From positions 1 to 16,238 of the forward strand of contig NIVC01005253.1 in the NCBI GenBank assembly GCA_002269645.1: DNA of 16,238 bases, read 5' to 3'. The position numbers were made by a program, and so were the translations under genes. The notes below the pieces were generated by a model. It did no database searches. It was not told the origin of the DNA and saw nothing but the letters and a program-made list of their open reading frames with translations. The DNA is from Macrostomum lignano (taxonomy: Eukaryota). Below are positions 6,518-16,238 of this stretch, piece after piece (position 1 is the stretch's first letter; every line of letters begins with the position of its first letter).

Positions 6518-8912
6518 TAAACATAAAAGAAGCACAATGTCAAACATATCAGTGGCACCATGTCGAACATTAAAGAGCCACCATGCCAAACATAAACGAG
6601 CCACCATGTCAAGCATTAAAAAGCCACCATGTCAAACATATTTGTGACTCCATGTAAAACATATATACGTGACTCCATGTCAAACATAAAAGAGCCACCA
6701 TGTCAAACGTAAAAGAACCGACATGTTGAACATTAAAGAGCCACCATGTCAAACGTAAAAGAACCACCATGTCGAACTTTAAAGAGCCACCATGTCAAAC
6801 GTAAAAGAACCGACATGTCGAACATTAAAGAGCCACCATGTCAAACATTAAAGAGCCACCATGTCAAAAATTAAAGAGCCACTTTGTCATACTTAAAAGA
6901 GCCACCATGTCAAACATTAAAGAGCTACCATGTCAAACATAAAAAAGCCACCATGTCAAACTTTAAAGAGCCACCACGTCGAACGTGAAAAAGCCACCAT
7001 GTCAAGCATAAAAGAGCCACCATGTCTAACAATAAAGAACCACTTTTTCGAACATTAAACAGCCACCATGTCAAATGTAAAAGAACCGACATGTCGAACA
7101 TTAAAGAGCCACGATGTCAAACATTAAAGAGCCACCATGTCAAAAATTAAAGAGCCACTTTGTCATACTTAAAAGAGCCACCATGTCGAACATTAAAGAG
7201 CTACCATGTCAAACATAAAAAAGCCACCATGTCAAACTTTAAAGAGCCACCACTTCGAACGTGAAAAAGCCACCATGTCAAACATAAAAGAGCCACCATG
7301 TCTAACAATAAAGAACCACCATGTCGAACATTAAAGAGCTACCATGTCAAGCATAAAAGAGCCGACATGTCGAAAATTAAAGAGCTACCATGTCAAACAT
7401 TAACGAGCCACCATGTCAAACATTAAAGAGCCACTTTGTCGAAAATTAAAGAGCTACCATGTCAAACATAAAAGAGCCAACATGTCGAAAATTAAAGAGC
7501 CACCATGTCAAACGTAAAAGAACCACCATGTCGAACATTTAAGAGCTACAATGTCAAACATTTAAGAGCCACCATGTCAAACGTAAAAGAACCACCATGT
7601 CGAACATTTAAGAGCTACAATGTCAAACATTAAAGAGCCACCATGTCAAACATTAAAGAGCCACCATGTCAAACATAAAGGAGCCACTTTTTCGAACATT
7701 AAAGAGCCACCACGTTGAACATTAAAGAGCCACCATGTCGAACATTAAAGAACCACCATGTCAAACATTAAAGAGCCACCATGTCAAATAATAAAGAGCC
7801 ACCATGTCAAACATTTAAGAGCCACCATGAAAAAAATTTAAAGAGCCACCATGTCTAACATTAAAGAGCCACCATGTCCAACATGCAACATTAAAGAGCC
7901 ACCATGTCCAACATATATGTGACTCCATGTCGAACATTAAAGAGCCACCATGTCGAACGTTAAAGAGCCACCATGTCGAACATAAAAGAGCCACCATGTA
8001 AAACATTAAAGAGCCACCATGTCTAACATTAAAGAGCCACCATGTCGAACGTTAAAGAGCCACCATGTCAAACATTAACGAGTCACCATGTCAAGCGTAT
8101 ACGTGACTCCATGTCAAACATTAAAGAGCCATCATTTCAGACATTAAAGTGTCACCATGTCGAACATTAAAAAGCCACCATGTCCAACATTAAAGAGCCA
8201 CCATGTCTAACATATATGTGACTCCAAGTCGAACATTAAAGAGCCACCATGTCCAACATGCAACATTAAAGAGCCACCATGTCCAACATATATGTGACTC
8301 CATGTCGAACATTAAAGAGCCACCATGTCGAACGTTAAAGAGCCACCATGTCGAACATAAAAGAGCCACCATGTAAAACATTAAAGAGCCACCATGTCTA
8401 ACATTAAAGAGCCACCATGTCGAACGTTAAAGAGCCACCATGTCAAACATTAACGAGTCACCATGTCAAGCGTATACGTGACTCCATGTCAAACATTAAA
8501 GAGCCATCATTTCAGACATTAAAGTGTCACCATGTTGAACGTTAAAGAGCCACCATGTCGAACATTAAAGAGCCACCATGTAAAGCATATATGTGACTCC
8601 ATGCCAAATATATACATGACTCCATGTCTAACACATACATGACTCCATGTCAAACATTAAAGAGCCACCCTGTCGAACGTTAAAGAGCCACAATGTAGAA
8701 CATTAAAGAGCCACCATGTCGAACGTTAAAGAGCCACCATGTCGAACATTAAAGAGCCACTTTGTCAAACATAGAAGAGCCACCATGTCAAACATAGAAG
8801 AGCCACCATGTCAGACATTGGAAGCCACCGTATCAAACATAAAAGAGTTACCATGTTGAACAAAAAAGAGCCACAATGTAGAACATAAAAGAGCCACCCT
8901 GTTAAACATAAA
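6518..8912 (+). repeat. 23-bp minisatellite CATGTC(A/G)AACAT(T/A)AAAGAGCCAC, ~104 copies (Helitron copy 1)
   Basis: 23-nt period. Three units give the 23-aa pseudo-repeat seen in the ORF track. Confidence 0.97.
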
Positions 8913-9002
8913 ATATACACAATTTCAAATGTAAAAGTAAGTGAATTTTAAAGGAGCCGCTATAATGCTAAAGAAATTGTCGCACTAGCTACTTATTGTC
9001 TG

Positions 9003-9250
9003 GTGGATGCTTGCTATTTGGGGATGCTATCTATCTTGGGATGCTTGCTATCTGGGGGATGCTTGCTATCTGGGGATGCTTGCTATCTGGGGGATGCTTG
9101 CTATCTGGGGGATGCTTGCTATCTGGGGGATGCTTGCTATCTGGGGATGCTTGCTATCTGGGGGATGCTTGCTATCTGGGGGATGCTTGCTATCTGGGGG
9201 ATGCTTGCTATCTGGGGGATGCTTACTATCTGGGGGATGCTTGCTGTCTT
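9003..9250 (+). repeat. 17/18-bp minisatellite GGGG(G)ATGCTTGCTATCT, ~14 copies (Helitron copy 1)
   Basis: Direct periodicity; homogeneous array. Confidence 0.96.
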
Positions 9251-9989
9251 GCGATGATTTCTTTTTGCATTGCACTTCATTTGAGTATTTTGTCTGTTTT
9301 CTTTGTGAAGGCTTTATTTCGCTATTTTTTGTTACTTACTTGTAGAGAACAGAGACTCTATATAGATGTCCCCCAACGGGGGGCAAAGATTGCTAGTCCT
9401 ATATACTAAAAATGAGTTGTCTGTATGTATGTATGTATATGGGTATGCGATTGATTTCAGAAAAAACGGCTCAACCGATTTTCTTCAAACTTGCATCATT
9501 CGATCAGAAATTTTCCTGGCACAGTACATGCATCTTGGCTAAGAAATTGCTCAATGTTAAAGGGATTAAATATTCGAAAAACACGCTTTTTTGCAAAGGT
9601 CAAGCAAAATTTTCGACTTGAAATGCATTGTAAGAATGCTAGAGAAAAACTGACTGACTGAATTTCAATTCTGATAAAGATTGCATCACAACAAGTTGAA
9701 AACAGTGCCGAAGAAATGCACACACGACTTGATTGAAATTGCGTAACCATATTGCTAACTCGAAGTGAGACTGATACTGGCTGACTGAGAAATTGATTAT
9801 GTCATAACTTTTTACTCCAATTGACTTGCTGTAAGAATTGAATTATAAGGGCACAATTCATTTCTCCAATTGAAAAGAGATAGCCCTGATGCGAACAGAC
9901 TGGAATGCTAATGTAGCGACCTGGGTTCGAGTCTTAGAAGCGCAAAATAATTTTTTTATTAAAACACCTTAAAAACTAAAAAAACTGCT

Positions 9990-12900
9990 AAACATAAAAA
10001 AAGCGCAATAGAAGAGCCACCATGTCAAACCTAAAGGAGCACCATGTCGAACATTAAAGAACCACCATGTCGAACATAAAAGAGCCACCATATCGAACAT
10101 AAAAGAGTTACCATGTTAAAAATTAAAGAGCCACCATGTCGAACATAGAAGAGCCACCATGTCGAACATAGAAGAGCCACCATGTCAAACATTAAAGAGC
10201 CACCATATCAAACATAAAAGAGTTACCATGTCAAACATTAAAGAGCCACATTGTCAAGCATTAAAGACCACCATTTCAAACCTAAAATAGTTACCATGTC
10301 AAACATTCAATAGCCACCATGTCAAACATTAAAGAGCCACCATGTCGAACATAAAAGAGCCACCATATTAAACATAAAAGAGTTACCATGTCAAACATTA
10401 AAGAGCCACCATGTCGAACATTAAAGAGCCACCATGTCAAACATTAAAGAGCCACATTGTCAAGCATTAAAGACCACCATTTCAAACCTAAAAGAGCCAC
10501 CATGTCAAACATTAAAGAGCCACCATGTCGAACATTAAAGAGCCACCTTGTCAAATATTAAAGAGCCACCATTTCAAACCTAAAGAAGCCACCATGTCGA
10601 ACATACAAGAGCCACCATGTCGAACATAGAAAAGCCACCATGTCAAACATTAAAGAGTCACCATGTCAAACATTAAAGAGCCACCGTTTCAAACCTAAAA
10701 GCCACATGTTAAAAATTAAAGAGCCACCATGTCAAACATAAAACAGACACCATTAAGAACATTAAAGAGCCACCATGTCAAATATAAAACAGCCACCATT
10801 TCGAAAATTAAGGAGCCACCATTTCAAAAATTTAAGAGCCGCTATGTTAAACATTAAAGGGCCACCTTGTCAAATATTAAAGAGCCACCATTCAAACCTA
10901 AAAGAGCGACCCTGTCGAACATACAAGAGCCACCATGTCGAACATAAAAGAGCCACCATGTCGAACATACAAGAGCCACCATGTCGAACATAGAAAAGCC
11001 ACCATGTCGAACATAGAAAAGCCACCATGTTAAACATTAAAGAGCCAATATTTCAAACCTAAAGGAGCCACCATGTCGAACATAAAAGAGTCACCATGTT
11101 AAAAATTAAAGAGCCACCATGTCGAACATTAAAGAGCCACCATTTCAAACATTAAAGAGCCACCATGTCAAACATTAAAGAGCCACCGGTTCAAACCTAA
11201 AAGAGCCACCATGTCGAACATTAAAGAGCCACCATGTCAAACATTAAAACAGACACCATGTCAAACATTAAAGAGCCACCATGTCAAACATTAAAGAGCC
11301 ACCGGTTCAAACCTAAAAGAGCCACCATGTCGAACATTAAAAAGCCACCATGTCAAACATTAAAGAGCCACCATTGTCAAACATTAAAAAGCCACCATTT
11401 CAAACCTAAAAGAGCCACCATGTCAAACATTAAAGAGCCACCATGTCAAACATTAAAGAGCCACCTTGTCAAATATTAAAGAGCCACCATTTCAAACCTA
11501 AAGAAGCCACCATGTCGAACATACAAGAGCCACCATGTCGAACATTAAAGAGCCACCATATCAAACATAAAAGAGTTACCATGTCAAACATTAAAGAGCC
11601 ACCATGTCAAACATTAAAGAGCCACCATGTCGAAACATAAAGAGCCACCATATCAAACATAAAAGAGTTACCATGTCAACATTAAAGAGCCACCATGTCG
11701 AACATTAAAGAGCCACCATGTCAAACATTAAAGAGCCACCATGTCAAACATTAAAGAGCCACCATGTCGAACATAAAAGAGCCACCATATCAAACATTAA
11801 AGAGTTACCATGTCAAACATTAAAGAGCCACATTGTCAAGCATTAAAGACCACCATTTCAAACCTAAAATAGTTACCATGTCAAACATTCAATAGCCACC
11901 ATGTCAAACATTAAAGAGCCACCATGTCGAACATAAAAGAGCCACCATATTAAACATAAAAGAGTTACCATGTCAAACATTAAAGAGCCACCATGTCGAA
12001 CATTAAAGAGCCACCATGTCAACATTAAAGAGCCACATTGTCAAGCATTAAAGACCCACCATTTCAAACCTAAAGAAGCCATGTCAAACATTAAAGAGCC
12101 ACCATGTCGAACATAAAGAAAAGCCACCATGTCAAACATTAAAGAGTCACCATGTCAAACATAAAGAGCCACCGTTTCAAACCTAAAAGAGCCACCATGT
12201 TAAAAATTAAAGAGCCACCATGTCAAACATAAAACAGACACCATTAAGAACATTAAAGAGCCACCATGTCAAATATAAAAACAGCCACCATTTCGAAAAT
12301 TAAGGAGCCACCATTTCAAAAATTTAAAACAGAGCCGCTATGTTAAACATTAAAGGGCCACCTTGTCAAATATTAAAGAGCCACCATTTCAAACCTAAAA
12401 GAGCGACCATGTCGAACATACAAGAGCCACCATGTCGAACATAAAAGACCACCATGTCGAACATACAAGAGCCACCATGTCGAACATAGAAAAGCGACCA
12501 TGTCGAACATAGAAAAGCCACCATGTTAAACATTAAAGAGCCAATATTTCAAACCTAAAGGAGCCACCATGTCGAACATAAAAGTCACCATGTTAAAAAT
12601 TAAAGAGCCACCATGTCGAACATTAAAGAGCCACCATTTCAAACATTAAAGAGCCACCATGTCAAACATTAAAGAGCCACCGGTTCAAACCTAAAAGAGC
12701 CACCATGTCGAACATTAAAGAGCCACCATGTCAAACATAAAGAGACACCATGTCAAACATTAAAGAGCCACCATGTCAAACATTAAAGAGCCACCGGTTC
12801 AAACCTAAAAGAGCCACCATGTCGAACATTAAAAAGCCACCATGTCAAACATTAAAGAGCCACCATGTCAAACATTAAAGCCACCATTCAAACCTAAAAG

Positions 12901-15020
12901 AGCCACCATGTCAAACATTAAAGAGCCACCATGTCAAACATTAAAGAGCCACCTTGTCAAATATTAAAAGCACCATTTCAAACCTAAAGAAGCCACCATG
13001 TCGAACATACAAGAGCCACCATGTCGAACATTAAAGAGCCACCATATCAAACATAAAAGAGTTACCATGTCAAACATTAAAGAGCCACCATGTCAAACAT
13101 TAAAGAGCCACCATGTCGAACATAAAAGAGCCACCATATCAAACATAAAAGAGTTACCATGTCAAACATTAAAGAGCCACCATGTCGAACATTAAAGAGC
13201 CACCATGTCAAACATTAAAGAGCCACCTTGTCAAATATTAAAGAGCCACCATTTCAAACCTAAAAGAGCCACCATGTCGAACATTAAAGAGCCACCTTGT
13301 CAAATATTAAAGAGCCACCATTTCAAACCTAAAGAAGCCACCATGTCGAACATACAAGAGCCACCATGTCGAACATAAAAGAGCCACCATATCAAACATA
13401 AAAGAGCCACCATGTCGAACATAAAGAGCCACCATGTCGAACATAAAACAGCACCATTCAAAACATTAAAAGAGCCACCATGTCGAACATTAAAGAGCCA
13501 CCATGTCAAATATAAAACAGCCACCATTTCGAAAATTTAAGAGCCGCCATGTTAAACATTAAAGGGCCACCTTGTCAAATATTAAAGAGCCACCATTTCA
13601 AACCTAAAAGAGCGACCCTGTCGAACATACAAGAGCCACAATGTCGAACATAAAAGAGCAGCTATGTAGAACATAAAAGAGCCACCATGTCAAACATAAA
13701 AAGCCACCATGTCAAACATAAAAGAGCCAACATGTAGAACATAAAAGAGCCACCATGTCGAACATTAAAGAGCCACCATGTCGAACATACAAGAGCCACC
13801 ATGTCGAACATAGAAAAGCCACCATGTCGAACATAGAAAAGCCACCATGTTAAACATTAAAGAGCCAATATTTCAAACCTTAAGGAGCCACCATGTCGAA
13901 CATAAAAGAGTCACCATGTTAAAATTAAAGAGCCACCATGTCGAACATTAAAGAGCCACCATGTCGAACATTAAAGAGCCACCATGTCAAACATAAAACA
14001 GACACCATGTCAAACATTAAAGAGCCACCGGTTCAAACCTAAAAGAGCCACCATGTCGAACATTAAAGAGCCACCTTGTCAAATATTAAAGAGCCACCAT
14101 TTCAAACCTAAAGGAGCCACCATGTCGAACATTAAAAAGCCACCATGTCGAACATTAAAAAGCCAACATGTCAAACATAAAAGAGCCACCATGTCAAACC
14201 TAAAAAAGCCACCATGTCAAACATAGAAGAGCCACCATGTCAAACATAATAGAGCCACCATGTCAAACATTAAAGAGCCACCATGTCAAACATAGAAGAG
14301 CCACTATGTCAAACATAAAGAGCCACCATGTCGAACATAAAAGAGTCACCATGCTTAAAAATTAAAGAGCCACCATGTCGAACATTAAAGAGCCACCATG
14401 TCGAACATTAAAGAGCCACCATGTCGAACATTAAAGAGCCACCATATCAAACATAAAAGAGTTACCATGTCAAACATTAAAGAGCCACCATGTCGAACAT
14501 TAAAGAGCCACCATATCAAACATAAAACAGACACCATGTCAAACATTAAAGAGCCACCATGTCGAACATTAAAGAGCCACCATGTCAAACATAAAACAGC
14601 CACCATTTCGAAAATTAAGGAGCCACCATTTCGAAATTAAAGAGCGCCCATGTTAACCATTCAAACATTAAAGAGCCACCATGTCAAACATAAAGAGCCA
14701 CCATGTCGAACATAAAGAGCCACCATGTTCGAAGCCATTAAAGAGCCACCATGTCGAACATTAAAAGCCACCCGGTGTCAAACTAAAAGAGCCACATGTC
14801 GAACATTAAAAAGCCACCATGTCAAACATAAAAAAGTCAACCATGTCAACATAAAGAGCCACCATGTCAAACCTAAAAAAGCCACCATGTCAAACATAGA
14901 AGAGCCACCATGTCGAACATAAAAGAGCCACTTATGTCAAACATAAAAGAGCCACCATGTCAAACATAGAGAGAGCCACTATGTCAAACATAAAAGAGCC
15001 ACCATGTCAAACATTCAAGA
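9990..15020 (+). repeat. 23-bp minisatellite, ~215-220 copies (Helitron copy 2)
   Basis: Same consensus as 6518-8912 but different diagnostic variants; contains ~1.5-kb block duplications. Confidence 0.97.
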
Positions 15021-15118
15021 TATCCAATTTCAAATGTAAAGGTATAAAGCGCCATGCCAATTTAAAGGAGCCACTATAAAGCTAAGGAAATTGTGTCGCT
15101 CTAGCTACTTATTGTCTG

Positions 15119-15690
15119 GTGGATGGTTGCTATTTGGGGATGCTATCTATCTTGGGGATGCTTGCTATTTGGAGGATGCTTGCTTTCTGGGGGATGCTTG
15201 CTATCTGGGGAATGTTGTAATCTGGGAATGCTTGCTATCTGTGGGGATGCTTGCTATCTGGGGGATGTTGCTATCTGGGATGCTTGCTATCTGGTGGATG
15301 CTTGCTATCTGAGGGATGCTTGCTATCTGAGTGATGCTTGCTATCTGGGGATGCTTGCTATCTGGGTATGCTTGCTATCTGAGGGATGCTTGCTATTTGG
15401 GGTATGCTTGCTATCTGAGGGATGCTTGCTATCTTGGGGATGCTTTGCTATCTGGGGATGCTTGCTATCCTGCGGAATGCTTGCTATCTGGGGAATGCTT
15501 GCTATCTGGGGGATGTTTGCTATCTGGGGGTGCTTGCTATCTGGGGGATGCTTGCTATCTGGGGGGATGCTTTGCTATCTGGAGGATGCTTGCTATCTTG
15601 GGGATGCTTGCTATCTGGGAAATGCTTGCTATCTGGGAGAATGCTTGCTATCTGGAGGATGCTTGCTATCTGGGGGATGCTTGTGGTCTT
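15119..15690 (+). repeat. 17/18-bp minisatellite, ~32 copies (Helitron copy 2)
   Basis: Same consensus as 9003-9250 but more heterogeneous. Confidence 0.96.
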
Positions 15691-15830
15691 GGGAAGATTT
15701 CTTATTGCAATTCACTTCATTTGAGCAGTTTGTCTGTTGTCTTTGTGAAGGATTTTTGGCTGTCTTTTGTTAATTGTAGAGAACAGAGATTCTATCCAGA
15801 TGTCCCCCATCGGGGGGCGAAGATTGCTAG

Positions 15831-16238
15831 TCCTATATACTAAAAATGAGTTGTCTGTATGTATGTATGGGGGTAGGCATGCGATAGATTTCAGAAAAAA
15901 TTGGCTCAACCGATTATCTTCAAACTTGCACCATTCGATCTCAGAATTTTCCGGACGGTACATGCATCTTGGCTAAAAATTGCTCAATGTTAAAGGGATT
16001 AAATATTCCAAAAACATGCTTTTTTTGCAAAGGTCAAGCAGCTCTTTCGACCTGAAATGCATTGTAAGAATGCTAGAGAAAAAACTGACTGACTGAATTC
16101 GATTTGTGATAAAGATTGCATCCAACAAGTTGAAAACAGTGCCGAAGAAATGCACACACGACTTGATTTAAATTGCGTAACCATATTGCTAACTTGAATT
16201 GAGACTGATACTGGCTGACTGAGAAATTGATTATGTCA
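15831..16238 (+). mobile_element. Non-autonomous Helitron-type element, copy 3 (5' part; runs off the window)
   Basis: CTAG|TCCTATATACTAAAAATGAG junction; colinear with 5940-6335 and 9397-9805. Confidence 0.85.

Larger units (their letters stand above)
5940..9396 (+). mobile_element. Non-autonomous Helitron-type element, copy 1 (3457 bp)
   Basis: 5' end A|TCCTATATACTAAAAATGAG with a downstream GGCTCAACCGATTTT..AAACTTG motif similar to those I recall from animal non-autonomous Helitrons. 3' hairpin TGTCCCCC-AAC-GGGGGGCA (9367-9385), then 7 nt, then CTAG (9393-9396). No TIRs and no Rep/helicase ORF. Confidence 0.85.
9397..15830 (+). mobile_element. Non-autonomous Helitron-type element, copy 2 (6434 bp)
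   Basis: Starts with TCCTATATAC immediately after the CTAG of copy 1. Has a (GTAT)n near the 5' end. 3' hairpin TGTCCCCC-ATC-GGGGGGCG (15801-15819) and CTAG at 15827-15830. Same internal order as copy 1. Confidence 0.85.

Noticed and set aside
5895-6616. ORFs in the Helitron 5' region (also 9412-9750 and 15712-16184) as transposase or captured genes
   Set aside because: Short, AT-rich, broken differently in each copy, with no HUH or helicase motifs.
8996-9409. GDACYL/MLAIWG/GGCLLS repeat ORFs (also 15091-15843)
   Set aside because: Three-frame translations of the 17/18-bp minisatellite.
6518-15020. CRISPR array, or repeat proteins MSNIKEPPCQTLKSHH...
   Set aside because: Monomers abut with no unique spacers, there are no cas genes and the context is eukaryotic. 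The ORFs are short and break wherever CATTAA falls in frame.
6518-15020. Hundreds of GCCACCATG Kozak-like motifs in the 23-mer
   Set aside because: Intronic and part of a satellite monomer; the consensus frame stops after ~19 codons. Treated as coincidence.

Overview
Eukaryotic (animal) genomic DNA; no prokaryotic features. All recognisable genes are on the + strand. 1-777: 3' part of a Ser/Thr protein kinase gene (subdomains VII-XI) with several 1-nt frameshifts and one (CTAA)n-filled intron. 1468-5596: 5' half of a syntaxin-1-like (Qa-SNARE) gene, covering the N-peptide and Habc exons. Three exons match the exon boundaries and phases I recall for vertebrate STX1A. The 109-bp Hc-helix exon occurs twice (3359-3467 and 5488-5596) as divergent, intact, same-phase copies, i.e. 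candidate mutually exclusive exons. The SNARE-motif and TM exons are not in the window. 5940-16238: head-to-tail array of at least three non-autonomous Helitron-type elements (A|TC 5' end, hairpin plus CTAG 3' end, CTAG|TC junctions). The two complete copies each carry a 23-bp and a 17/18-bp minisatellite and a tRNA-like A-box/B-box/oligo-T segment. Most larger introns hold their own unrelated tandem repeat. Apart from shadows and parts of the kinase and syntaxin exons, the supplied ORFs are repeat or non-coding artefacts. GC-rich exons with satellite-filled introns are reminiscent of a flatworm such as Macrostomum, but that is only an impression. The coding frameshifts may be long-read consensus errors.
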